A stretch of DNA of 63,492 nucleotides, counting the filler, from Vannella sp. (Eukaryota): assembly GCA_023345925.1 (NCBI GenBank). It is 9 parts of 9 records of this genome, joined end to end, with 100 filler letters (N's around TTAATTAATTAA, not from the genome) between each part and the next. Parts side by side here need not be neighbours in the genome. Positions count along the whole stretch, not along the records: positions 46,253 to 51,426 come from JAJQQN010000488.1; positions 51,527 to 60,160 come from JAJQQN010001299.1; 7 more parts are not named here. The stretch is one strand, 5' to 3'. Of the stretch, positions 47,266 through 59,176 are shown piece after piece. The notes beneath the pieces are model-generated. The model made no database searches. It had not been told where the DNA came from and saw only the letters and a list, made by a program, of their open reading frames with translations. Position numbers and translations under genes: made by a program. Every line of letters begins with the position of its first letter. The first letter of the stretch is position 1.

Positions 47266-49091
47266 TCAGATGAGGACCCCGTCGTCATCAATGCCGATGA
47301 TTTCGAGTTGCGAGTCGCTCAAAGCAGGTTTCCTCTTGCTCTTGTCCGGCAGGTTCCGCCTATTCAGTTCAGAGGCGTTTGAAACGGCAGCGGGCCGCGG
47401 TAAGTCACGTGACCTGCCAGTGAGACTGACAAGTTGAGTTGTCTTCCTTTGCAGCTTTCTGATCTCGTTTCGTTCTCGTTCAACTCGTTGGTTTAACGCT
47501 TTGGCTGTGGATGAAACGCCGGAGACTAGGATGCCGAGCTCGCGCTCTAAATCGATATAGTTGAGAGTCACCATCAACACATTCAGTAGGAGATGGTGTG
47601 CCTCAAGTAGTAGTGATGGATCGTTCTTGATGGTCTTAATGGCATCCTTGAGAGCGATACATGATCGCTCTAGGTGCAGCGGGAAGTTCAATTCTCGCAA
47701 GTCACCTTCGTTTTTGGAGTGGTTCTACACAAGGGAGTCTGGTGAGTGCTGGGAATACAATACAAAGTGAACCCACTGTTTGGAATAGTCTTCTGCACTG
47801 CTCTATGTGGAGGGAAACAAACTCCATTGAGATATCTGCACAAGAACAAACTGTTGGAGCAAAGGGCATCATGTTTGCTCTATCTCTGCTGAACGTGGAG
47901 CGTTCAAACCACTCTATAGCTGCAAGCTTCTTCTTTGTTATCAGAAGGATCCGTCCCAGCTGAACAACTGGTCAGAAACGACTAAGAATGCGGGAAAGGC
48001 GGGCAGAGACTCACCAAATCCTCTACTTGTGACCTCCTTAACCAAACAGTATCCAAGGTGATCATCGATCGGTTATGTAAAGTGGGAACCCACTCCTTGG
48101 AGGCCTTGGAAGCAGAACTTTTGGAGACTTCCAAACGGCTTCCCTCCTCCAGGAGAAGCCTATCCAGCAGAGACAGGCTTTCTCGCACATGAAACTCTGC
48201 GCTATTGTATCCTGCTTCGCTCCAGCCCAGCCGTGCTCGGTGGTAGTGAGCACACGCGAGGAAGAAGATGGCGGGAAGGTCGTCGTGGGAACACCGCCCT
48301 TGGTACAGTCGAATGGCCAAGTCGATCCTTCCTAAGCTTTCAACGCTCTCTCCATTCGAGAGATGCTGCACGGCATCCACAATGGCACTTTCCTCCTCTC
48401 GAAGACCAGTAGCTCGTGATGTATCGACCCTCGGTGAAGAGAGATCAGAGCTCTCTCTCTGATGATTGAGGGACCTTCGAATGAACTTGACCGCCGAAGC
48501 AGAGATGTCCCTCGGGGAAGAAGGAGCGCTTCGATTACGGGCGGTGAACGGTTCCACAGAGCTTGTCTCACGCGAAGTAGGGGGGCGGATTGCTTCCATG
48601 TCTATCACTAGGAGTTGAGAGGCATCCTGCAGTGGGAGGGCGAAATCATCGCTCAGCCTCGCCTCTCCACTGGGTTCTCCTTCAGAGTCCTCGCGCTTGC
48701 TCTCTGAAGTAGTGTTGCTGCCTTCTGGTACAGGTGATGCTCTCACCCAGGTCTCATGACGCCTACTGCTGCCAGAAATCGTCCGCAGTAGCTTCCCCGC
48801 CTTCGACTTTCGCTTCTTCCCAGGAGAACCTTCAGTACCGTGGGGAACCTCCAGAAGGGCCCCTCCACTCGTAGAGATAGGAGGAGATAACATGTCCCCA
48901 GCCTCTCCACCGTGTGTCCGCGATCGGTTCCTCAAACGGCTCAAGAACCCATTCAGAGGACCGTCACTCGGAGTGCGAGAAGGAGAACTCGCAGGGCTCT
49001 CCGCTGTTCGGAACTGGGCCGAGTCCATCGGACCCATGGACTTGCGGTTCTTCCTATGATTGCGCGGCTGCTTGGGAGCCGTGTCGGGCAT
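47266..49091 (-). CDS. Hypothetical protein: disordered Ser/Arg-rich N-half and helical C-half (3 exons)
   Basis: ORFs 47982..49091 and 47266..47700 linked by GTGAGT..CAG and GTGGGT..TAG introns; family not recognised. Confidence 0.55.
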
Positions 49092-49168
49092 GCAGAGCGA
49101 GGAAAGACTCCCAGCAAGCCCAAAGCGCCCTCAAAAGAGAAGTTGAGGAAATCGAAAGTGCGATGTCT

Positions 49169-51309
49169 TTAATCAACCTTAACGGATCCGTAAATCTTGC
49201 GCACGAAGAAGTAGCACGAATAGAATCCGATCGTGCCCGTGACAACGAAGAAGAGGGCGGCCATGATGAGGGTGTAGCCAAAGTAGAGCAGGGCAGAGGC
49301 CAGAGAGGTGATTTGGAGCTTAGTGAAGAAGTAGAAGACGGCGTAGAGGAACATGTAGAGGGAGGATGCACCTGAGGTGAGGAAGGAGCGCCACCACCAG
49401 TGGTAGTCTTCGCTGCACAGTTGGAAGTAGCACATGACAATGGTGATCTCCGCGCAGGTGATCAGCAGGATGATGAACACCAGGAAGAGGAAGCCGAACA
49501 TGTAGTAGAACTGATGCTGCCAGATGGAAGAGAGGATGAAGAACAACTCAATGAACACCGCGCCGAAGGGCAGAATACCTCCCATCAAGATAGTGATTGA
49601 TGGTTGCATGTACCACACCTGCTCAGGGATCTGGCGAGGGATCTGGTTGGTGCGAACAGGGTTTTCTTCAATCTGGATGTTCCCAATGGTGAGCAGTCGA
49701 TCCACAAACCTCTCGAAGGAGAAGCTTGACTTACAGGCTTCTTGAATCCCAGGTAAGAGCCGAAGAAGGCCAAAGGAATCGAGACTCCAAACCACAAGGC
49801 CAAGAGACCAATGAGAATAGCTGAAAGAGGTCAGAAAAGGAGAAGACTAAGAGAGGGAGACTCACGAGGGTGGACATATCCAGAAGATCGTTCCAGACCC
49901 AACTCGACGTTGAGGATAAAGAAGATCGTGAAGATGAAAACGGGAAGAGCACCTGCGGTCTGGTGGACGGTTCAGTAAACAATTCTGGGAAACACATTCG
50001 TAGGACTTACGAAGATGGCGTTCTGCTTCCATTCAGTGCCTTTGAAGAGTTTGTACATGCGAGCAGAGAAGTAGCCGGAGAACAGGGACATAAGAAGGAA
50101 GAGGACAACCACAGCAGTCATAAGACCACCACGGTTGGCGGGGGAGAGGAAACCAAGGAGAGCAAAGACGAGGGTGATGATTCCCATGGAGAAGACCTGA
50201 ACACCGCTGCCAATAAGGACAGACAGAAGCATGCGGAAAGGAGGTGGACGGAACACGTCACCGTGAACCAACTTCCATCCTGTCTCCTCTTGGGCCTCCT
50301 CTTGGGTGTCCATCTCGTGGTAGCGACGGAAATCAGCATGCAGAGTACGCATGATGATCATGGCGACCATACCGGACAGGAAGATAAGAATCAACAGAGA
50401 GTTGACAATGGAGAACCAGTGAATCTGAGTGTCAGTCATGGTGAGGTACACATCCCAACGAGAGGACCACTTGACGTTGTGGTACTCCCAATCGACGCTG
50501 TAGGTGAAGACGATCTCTCCGGCTTCCTCTCCAGACACGGACTGCCACTGAAGAGGGCGCAAGCACGTCTCAGGGACAGCAGTGGGGTTTTTCTCATCAA
50601 ACTCAGAGTGCTTGATGCTTTGGGGCTCCACCTCGAATCCAACGATGCGGCGGCCGACAAAGTCAGGAGAAGTGTGATAGAGGATCTTCATCGAGACGTG
50701 GTTGTTCAAGTATGCAACCTCTCCTTCGACAATACCCAAAGGGAAGCCAGTCTCGTAAGCGTAGCTCTTCTCTCCGCTAAAATCGACCAGAGTCTTCTTA
50801 GTGGCAGCGGGAAGGTTGTCCATGATCCTGATAAATCGTTAAAAATCAAACGAAAACACTCGCCCTTTGAAGCTTGGCAAGAACGCACCAGTTCACACGG
50901 TAGTCTTGCTTCACGCGCTTCTCGAACATGCGCATCTGATCTGCGGATACGTTTGCCTTGCAAAGGACCTTACAGGGGACCATAATACCAGCTTCGATCT
51001 GTGAGACAGGTTAATAACACCAGCCATAACTCTGAGGGAAAGAAAGCGCACTTTGTAGGGGGAGTTCTCAATCTTATCACCCATCAGGATCTCGCCCAAG
51101 TTCTCGGCAACATCTTGAATACCACCTTCGGGTTGGCAGAAGGCAAGGGAGTAGTAAGGGTAGGGTAACTGAGTCTTAGAAGAGACGAGCTTGTTCACTT
51201 TGAGTGGCACGTCATCTCCATCAATGTACTCTACGGGAGCCACACCAGGCAGATAGAAAGCCTGTGTACAGGCGACAAGCAGCACCAACAGGAGAGCTGC
51301 AACCTTCAT
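49169..51309 (-). CDS. Transmembrane 9 superfamily (nonaspanin, TM9SF2/4-Phg1a type), 6 exons
   Basis: [66 protein letters not shown] and [10 protein letters not shown]. Confidence 0.96.
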
Positions 51310-51426
51310 CAAAGGGCCCAAACAGAATCACCCACGTGTCTGGACTGTAAGGTGAGCGAAAGTCACAATTGGCTTCCTATTCATTTATATTCATGAATTT
51401 ACTCATATTTTGTCAAAGGTTGTTGG

Positions 51427-51526
51427 NNNNNNNNNNNNNNNNNNNNNNNNNNNNNNNNNNNNNNNNNNNNTTAATTAATTAANNNNNNNNNNNNNNNNNN
51501 NNNNNNNNNNNNNNNNNNNNNNNNNN
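51427..51526. other. Artificial contig linker
   Basis: N44-TTAATTAATTAA-N44. Confidence 0.98.
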
Positions 51527-52311
51527 TGATGTAAAGGGCTGTACCCCGTGAGCGAACGGCTCCAACCGCGAGAAGGGGCACTTACTTTAAACTCTTGGCG
51601 TCGTTTAGGAGGAGGGGAGGCCGCAGCTTCCGGTGTAAACACCATAATAGACTGTAGTATGCCTCTCCGCCCTTCTGAGCCCTCAAAGTTCTCGCAATCG
51701 CAACATCGGCAGTTCTCTCCGCAGAGTACGTTGGCTTGGAAGCATTCACAGTACTTCTTCAGGCAGCCGCTCTTCCTACAGTTACATCCTTTGACGTGTC
51801 CTGCAGCGTATGATTTGATACCCTGCGTAAAGGCTTAGAAAGAGCTTCCATGTGGATTGCGGTGGGCGCACCTGGGAGTTGTGGAGCTCAATCTTCTTCT
51901 GGAAGGCTTTAGGGTTGCGCTCCAAGGTAGCTTGTACTGCCTGTTGCACCACAGCAGCACTCTCAGGCGTGTTGCTGCAACAGGAACAATCACAACCGTC
52001 GCAATACTGTCGGCTTGCAAAGCACTCGCAGTAGCTGGGCGTGGGTGAGGACTCACTCGTTATGGAGGTCTATAAGCTTACAGTTTGAGGCATTTGGAGT
52101 TCTTGCATCGACACCTACGAGAAGGACGGGTTTGCACTTCCTCCAATAGAGGCTCCTCCCTTCGTTTGTTCAGTGGGTTGGAGGAGACGCATTTGATCCT
52201 TGTTTCATACCTGATAGCTGATGGCTGACGAACTCGCTTATGGAGCACAGAGGGAGGAACAGTGGCTGACCTTCCACTCGGAGTTGTCGAAGTGAACCTT
52301 CCCATTCCCAT
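51527..52311 (-). CDS. CRC-domain (tesmin/TSO1/LIN54-like) DNA-binding protein (3' truncated)
   Basis: [23 protein letters not shown] and [25 protein letters not shown]. Confidence 0.92.
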
Positions 52312-52483
52312 CAGTCCCTCCCCAACTCCTCCCACACGCCCTTACTCCACGTAACGGAAGTCGCTCATGCAAAGAGGGCAGACAGGAAAAGGATGCTTCT
52401 ATGGGAGTTTTTGCCACTTTCTGCCAAATTAAGACAAATTACTATTTTTGGAAGGACTTGGTGTCAAGCGTCGTTGCATTTCT

Positions 52484-54218
52484 CTAAACTCGCTCTTGGA
52501 CAAAGTACCACGTTTGGGAGAGGTAATATTTGGTTCCACGGTAACATCCTTCAAGGCCCATCATGATGAGCTCCCTTGCTCTTCGATATTTCTTCTGTTC
52601 GTTGACGAGACGGAGAAGGTCTTCGTAGGAGGCTGTGGAGACAGCGTCGAAGAGTTTAGCGTCTCCAGGATACCAGCTTCCACTGAAATCATCCTGGATC
52701 GGGGGAGAATCAGTCCACGAGTCTGCAGGAAAGGGGAGTGCCTCACCATGGGAACGCCAAAGTCCAATTGGAGAGGGACTTTCACGTAGTTTGTGTTAAA
52801 ATAAGCTACCATAGGTTGAACCATGGCGTAGTTAGTGATGGAGATGTCATTGCTGGTGATGTTGGGAAGTGAGATATTGATGTTATTCAACGATAAGGCC
52901 ATGTTGAATTTGGCACAGTAATCATACTTGGACATTAACGAGGGGTTGTACTTCAGTCTGAAAAGGAAGTGAGCAAAAGGCCACAGCAGAATGCATGAAG
53001 TGGCAAGGCTCACGCTCTCTCGTCAATGGTGTTGAATGGCAGCTCATAGTAACAGTCAATGTCCATAAATCCCTGGGTAATCCATGAAAGAACACCTTGA
53101 TGATATGAGGAGGAGACAAGATCGACATCCACCCCGGCAATTGTAAAATGATTCTTTCAGAAAAATCAAGTCAGTTCTTTGCTGGACTGTCTTGGTATGG
53201 TACCCACCTTTCGGGATTGGGTCTGATTATCTACTTCCAAATTTTCTAAAGAGAAAAGAGAGTTATCGAACTTGCCGTGGGCCGTGTCTGCATCAAGGAT
53301 ATCGAAAAGAAGCCAATGTTGGCGGAGGCGAGGCAGTTTCATGTTAAAGATTTGTAGCTCCAAAGGGCGGTCCGGATACTCTTGGTAAATAGTCATTGCA
53401 AGGTCTTTGACCTTGACAGACTCAAACCGAAAATCACTCTTTGACGCTTCTCTTTTGTGATAAGCGGCCTGCATTTCTTCCGTCCAAATGGTGGTCCTGC
53501 GGTCAAGAATACCAGAGATGCCATGGGCAGATATGTCAGAGAGTAAGCCTCCTCCAGTCAGTGCATGGGAAAGGGAAAATTTGACATCGATTTCCTTCAA
53601 GTCCAGGTCAATAATGGCTCCATTCATGTGGAGGGCCTCGTCAACACTGCGGATGATCTTCATATTCACTATCCGAATCACTTTTTTCTAAGCACAATGA
53701 GCAGGAGAGGGGGAACCCCGAGAATCTCACCTTCCACTTGGGCACAATCTTTTCGATTGTCACCTGAGTCCCCAGGTGATACCCAATGGCATTGCCAACG
53801 ACCAATGTTAGCCATGCTAAACGGATTGATAAGAAGTTACCAGCAGTAGAGAAAGCACCTGCGTACTTTGAAGGTTTAAGGCGCTGACTGCAAGGAGGAG
53901 AAAGGAAACAACCTCCGTTGTATCCAGAAGCGTCCAGATACTGACACCAAGGCAAAGAAGGTGAGATAGCGTAGTAAAATTACGCCTGGCCCACAAGCTG
54001 AAGCGAGTACTGTACGCCAGTTTACGAAGTTGAAGCTTTGCAAACTCCTCACTCCTCACGAGCTTGGCATTCTGAAGGTCCCTGATCATCCCACTCTTCC
54101 TCCACATTCCCACATCCTCTGGGACCATCTGATGAACCGCTCGATCCCCCCACCACCGCTTCCTTCGACTCACACCCACCACTGCCCTCCCCAACCACGG
54201 CCCCGCCGCCCTCCTCAT
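52484..54218 (-). CDS. MDM31: Mdm31/Mdm32-like mitochondrial inner-membrane protein (6 exons)
   Basis: IVPKWK, IDVKFSL..GGGLLSDI..GISGILDRR, IFNMKLPRLRQHWLLFDILDA..GKFDNSLFSL and DDFSGSW..Y. Confidence 0.82.
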
Positions 54219-54374
54219 CACGGTGACTCCAAAATAATAAACCAATTCAAATTATCCGCAAGAATTTTAAATTTGACCGAGCGGAATTGGGCCAATCAGT
54301 GATTTGGTTGGAGGACGATGGTTGAGGTGGGTGAACGCGTCGGTGGGGAAGAGGAAGAGAGATTGACCAAGGGA

Positions 54375-54639
54375 GATGGCTAGACTACTTTCAATGTAGA
54401 TATGATGTGCGGAGGATGCGAGAAGGCGGTAACAGCAATGTTGAAGAAGGTGGAAGGTAACGTTCGCGCTCCTTTGGCGAGGCCATGCGAGCTCTCTCAT
54501 CTCAGGTGGTTTGTCAGGGGTGGAAAGTGTCGTAGCCACACACCAAGACAACAAGGTCGTAGTAGAAGGGACAGCCGACCCCAACACCATGCTAGCAGCC
54601 ATCCAAAAGACCGGCAAGAAGGTCAGTTTGGCGCAATAA
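54375..54639 (+). CDS. ATX1: Copper chaperone (HMA domain), 2 exons
   Basis: FNVDMMCGGCEKAV..LKKVE-GVESV..KVVVEG..MLAAIQKTGK. Confidence 0.9.
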
Positions 54640-54688
54640 AGCGCTGAACTGCCGTCATTTGGTTGGTGGGCGTAGCTTCATTGTTTCC

Positions 54689-55519
54689 ATGCCCAGCAGA
54701 GACACACATACTTCCTCTCCTGTCCACTTCCTCGCATCCCGAACAGGGTCTCCCTCAGATAAGGCCGAGACAAGTCCCTTCTTGGAGCCTTTTGAAGGTG
54801 ACGGAGAGAGGCCGAGGTCGTCTGACCTCATTCAGAGGGAGCTCTCTTCTGGTAGCAAGATGGAGTGTAACCTTAAGAGCAGTCACCAGGACTACTCCTT
54901 CATGAGGAACCTTTGCTTGATCAAGGGGACGGGCTGGGCTGTTTTGGCGCTAATTTTGGCCCTCTGGGGCGTGATGACGACATCCCAGACCAAGTTGGAG
55001 AGCATGGTGATGAGTTTGACGTTCTCTTACATTGAAGTGAGCTGGTACAAGTTCACTTTGATCACAGAAACTCGGAAAGTAGTCTTCGCTCCCCTCCATG
55101 TCCAAGGACGACCCGCTTTTACTTCCATGGAGCAGCTGATTGCTAACACTTTGTATGCACCTATCGCTTTGCTAGGCTATCATACCCTGTTTGACCATCC
55201 AGAGTGGCCTCCAGTGGCTCAATTGTTCCTTTGCTTGGCCAGAATCTTTTGCTTCCCGCTCAATATCTGGATCTTGGAGGTCATTCAGGACCGGTTCATT
55301 CGCTTTCTGTTTGGGTTCAATCCCGCTTGGAACTATTCAGGGGCTCCGGGATCCAGGTTTGGAGGAGCAATCAATCTGGCTCACGGCAAACTTTGGCTGA
55401 TGCTCGGCGTGGTCGCGGCCTTTGGCAGCCCCTGGACCGGTTCTCTCTTCATGATCGCTCTACTCACACTCCTCCATACCGTCAAGATCGCCGCACGAAG
55501 GCTCCACAAAGATCCTTGA
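54689..55519 (+). CDS. Multi-pass membrane protein, TMEM229/CmpB-like (intronless)
   Basis: NIWILEVIQ..IR..FGFNPAWNYSG..G.INL..LW pattern; several TM segments. Confidence 0.55.
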   Translation: MPSRDTHTSSPVHFLASRTGSPSDKAETSPFLEPFEGDGERPRSSDLIQRELSSGSKMECNLKSSHQDYSFMRNLCLIKGTGWAVLALILALWGVMTTSQTKLESMVMSLTFSYIEVSWYKFTLITETRKVVFAPLHVQGRPAFTSMEQLIANTLYAPIALLGYHTLFDHPEWPPVAQLFLCLARIFCFPLNIWILEVIQDRFIRFLFGFNPAWNYSGAPGSRFGGAINLAHGKLWLMLGVVAAFGSPWTGSLFMIALLTLLHTVKIAARRLHKDP

Positions 55520-55630
55520 AAGCCCTTCCCACAGATTGGGCATTCCTTTCCCGTTCCAAGGACATCTCGATTCCCTCGCTCCCTTGCATAGGAGTGGTTT
55601 ACATATGATTGTTTTTGTTCATTTTGGAGG

Positions 55631-57352
55631 ATGCGGCTGGCTTTGGCAGCTTTGGTGGGGTTCGTGGCTTTGGTGGGTCTCGTGGTGGCTGCGCCAGGGC
55701 CTTGTGATGGGAGCAATGAGTTTGTGGAGGATAGTGAGTTGAGTGCGATGGTGAGCCGGGCTCGGGACCTGTTCATACAGTCCCGCCCCACGCCGGTCAC
55801 CACTTTTGGTGCTACTCTTCTTGTCAAGGATGGATCAGGTGCTTGGAGAAGAGGCTCTGTGAACCCTTACCTTCTTGTGTACCCTGCTAGGTGAGTACGC
55901 TCGCCTCTACGTGGGCATGGAAGTTAACTTTGCATGTAGTACGGTCAAACTGCCTTACATGGCCGCTGCTGTTCAGTGGTGTAACTTAGCAGGGCGCCCT
56001 GCTAACTGTCTTGACCAGCATGTTCGCCCAATGATCAAGGTGAGCTCTCTTGACAGGCCCTTTCAACCTTTCTGACTTCTTTAGAACTCGGACAACTTCC
56101 AAACAGGCGTTATCGTGGACATCTGCTCTGGTACACCAAACGTGAACATCACTAAGCAGTCTGACCCTGCTTTCCTTCCTTGGTAAGTGTTTAGGGTTTA
56201 GGGTTTAGGTTTCTGAACAAGGAGGAATGTACCTCAAGACCTCAAGTCTAACGGCAGTTATGAAGGGTGCAGAGGCGGCATTGGGCATCAGACTTCCTAT
56301 CTGAACGCAACCTTTTGGGGAACCAGACGATTACTATCAAGACGTATCCTTCCAACACTGGACAGTCTCTTTGGGGTGCTGAGGCTCTCCAAAGGTCAAC
56401 TTTTGGGGGAAACTTGATGTGCTCCCAGTGCGCAGCAACTTTGATGTTAGAAGTGCTTGCTGGAGAGCTTTATCAAGATCGTGGGCCCTTTCAGCGCTCT
56501 CCGACAGACTACATGCGCGATCTCCTCTCCCACGTGCCTTGGGGAGACGATACCTCCTTCGGATACGGTGTGCCCCCAGGAACCGTCATTTCAAACAAGA
56601 TAGGAGGTAAGTTGGAATCCCCAGATGGAGCTGCGCGCTCAACCAGTGGCAGTGGCTTACGATAACTTGAACGACATTGCCCATATCAAACTGCCTTCTG
56701 GCCAGGAGTTCATTGCTGCTGCCTATAGCAACTCGTATGTAATATGAAGGAGACTAGTTTCGGAGAATGACTTGGGAGTAGATACGAGGCCAGCCAGCCT
56801 TATCCTTACGATGGGAGCAACTTGGGTGCGTTTATGTATTTCCTCATCAGCCTGATGCCTGCCAACAACTGTACCCCTCCCAACTTGGAGTATCTCAGTG
56901 ACACTGCAAACTTGCTACCAAAGGGCTCTTGGGTACAGCAGGGCTCGGACCAGGCACTGGGAGGGACATTCTTTACTTCCAATAACTCCTCTGCAACCGC
57001 TTCCTGGGACGCCCAGATACCTTCAGCAGGAGCCTATCAGGTCTCTATTTGGTCTCCACAAGCTCCTGATTTCTCATCGAGCGTGACGGTGGAGGTAAAC
57101 GACAGTACCGGTTCGTACCCAATCACCTACACGCAGCGGTCATACGGGGCTCGCTGGTACTTGCTGGGTGACTACTATTTTGTCAAAGGAACTCAAAAGA
57201 ATGCTGTTCGCATCCACGGGTCCACTTCTGGCCTTGTTGCCGCCAACGCCATTCGCATTTCCAAATTCCCCGAGTGCCACGCCTCTCCCGGTGCCACTTG
57301 CCAGGACTTTGTTCCCAAAGGCCCAACATGTCCAACGCGACCTTCAGAGTAG
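55631..57352 (+). CDS. Secreted class-A beta-lactamase-fold serine hydrolase + golvesin-type C-terminal beta-sandwich (6 exons)
   Basis: Signal peptide; spliced YPASTVKL (SxxK), MIK-NSDN (SDN) and NKIG..NDIAHI (KTG-like); C-terminal ASWDAQIPSAGAYQVSIW..WYLLGDYYF..VAANAIRI. Confidence 0.82.
56190..56212 (+). repeat. Telomere-like (TTTAGGG) x ~3 tract inside intron 56183..56265
   Basis: TTTAGGG-TTTAGGG-TTTAGG-TTT starting 7 nt after the GT donor. Confidence 0.75.
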
Positions 57353-57393
57353 CGAACAACAACCCCTAAACAGAAGGAAGCCCCAAACGATTT

Positions 57394-57425
57394 TTGGCGG
57401 GAAAATGGGCCATTGCTTTCCCGCC
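57394..57425. promoter_or_regulatory. Two inverted E2F-like sites immediately upstream of the TPR gene
   Basis: TTGGCGGGAAAA (57394-57405) and TTTCCCGCC (57417-57425), 5 nt before the ATG at 57431. Confidence 0.45.
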
Positions 57426-57430
57426 CTTTA

Positions 57431-59114
57431 ATGACTGACCGCTCAAAGGAGTACGGAGCTTATATTCGGCTTGCCACTGATACCCTGGACTTGCTCTCTG
57501 CCTTGGGAGCAACTGAGAGAGGAGGTGAGGCCCTCAAGGGCTTCCCAGTGGCGGAGGTGGCGACAAACCTTTGTCACTTCCAGGATCGCTGGGCTACTCC
57601 GATGGATCTTCCCTTTGGGATGGGTACGGACTTGAAGAAGCCGATAGACATCAAGAGAGAGGCAAAGCAGCTCGTTTCTCTCGGTTGCGCTGTCGAGGTG
57701 GAGATCGCGGGCTCTCCGCAGCTGATTGTGCGCGAGTCTGCGCGTTGGAAGCATCTGGTACAAGATGGACTCATTCAACCAAGTACAGAGAGCCCTATCC
57801 AGCTCTCTTTCTCGGCTTGGATCATCGACACGCTCGCCATCCTCGATGGAGTCTACCAAACGGAGGATCTCTTGGTGTTCCGACCATTGTGCCGCTCTTT
57901 GGCGAGTCGTTGGTACTATCACGCTACAGAGACAGACTTCTCTCAAGGAGAATCGTCGGATCCGCAGACGGACTCAGTGAGAGAGAAACAAGCCGTTCTC
58001 AAGGCTCAAAGTGTCATTAACTCTCTTCTCTTCGGAGAGAGCCTCACTGAAGCAGAAGAGGAGGATGAAGAAGAAGATGATGAAGACTATGTTGAGGGAG
58101 AAGAAGAAGAGGAAGAAGAGGAAGAGGAAGAAGAAGAAGAGGAAGAGGAAGACTATTCCCTGATCTCTCCAGAAGAGCTTCAAGGCCGAGCTGACATGGC
58201 AGTCAAAGAAAAAGAAGAGGGCAACAACATGTTCCGAGCAGGACGGATGGAAGACGCTCTCCATCACTACACTCACGCCATTGCCGTCTGCCCTTCGATT
58301 GCCCCTTTTCTCCAAGAGAAGGCGATTTACTACGGCAATCGCTCTGCTGTTCTCGCCAAACTGTAGGAGGGCACGTTATCTATCATCTTGTTGTACTCAT
58401 GAGTGCCCAGATACCAGTTCGACGCTGTTGTTCAAGATTGCACGGCGGCTCTCGAGATAGATCCCAAATACGTCAAAGTTCTTATGCGCCGGGCCGGTGC
58501 TTATGAGGAGCTGGAGATGCTAGAAGATGCATACGATGGTACGTTTTGTATCTGCTTTTGGCCTGGACATGACCTGACAACGTTGCTACACCTGTTTAGA
58601 TTATGTGAGGGTTCTCAAACTGGATCCTGCAAACCAGGAGGCGCTGAAGTGTCGCACTCTATTGAAGGCTGTTCTGACAGATGATGGTACTGGCTGTATC
58701 AACAGCGAAATGATCCAGAAGGCGCTCACAAACATGATGGACAAAGCTGCCCAGAGAAGAGAACAGCTCCTACAAGAGGAGAGAGCCCAGGTGGAAGCCA
58801 ATGGTGGTATAGTAGAGGTAGGTGATGATGGTGCCTTGGTGTTCCACGAGACAGAAGAGCAAGCCGACGCCAGAAAGAAGGTGCTTTCTTATGTTTCCAA
58901 CCTTGGAGCCTATTTCCCTCATCCCTCCAACCCCATCTACTTCATTCGAATGATTGAGAAGATGAAGTTAGAGCCGAACTCAGCATGGTTCCCATGGGGA
59001 AGCCCACCAACCGCGCAGTTAGAATCTCTTCTCTCCTCCCTCGAAGGTGACTTGGAACAATGTCGGCCCATTCAAGAGACCCTGGCGGCCTTGGAGGGAA
59101 CCTCAGCTGTCTAG
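57431..59114 (+). CDS. TPR protein (TTC1-like TPR triplet) with long acidic tract (3 exons)
   Basis: KEEGNNMFRAG..ALHHYTHAI, YYGNRSA, VQDCTAALEIDPKYVKVLMRRAGAYE and VLKLDPAN. Confidence 0.85.
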
Positions 59115-59176
59115 TTACAATAGAGTGGTCCATCCGCAGACTTGTGCGAAGTTTTGAAGGGTTTTGGGGTCATTTG

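Noticed and set aside
49870..50985. 371-aa plus-strand ORF opposite the TM9SF gene
   Set aside because: Antisense shadow ORF of a conserved gene
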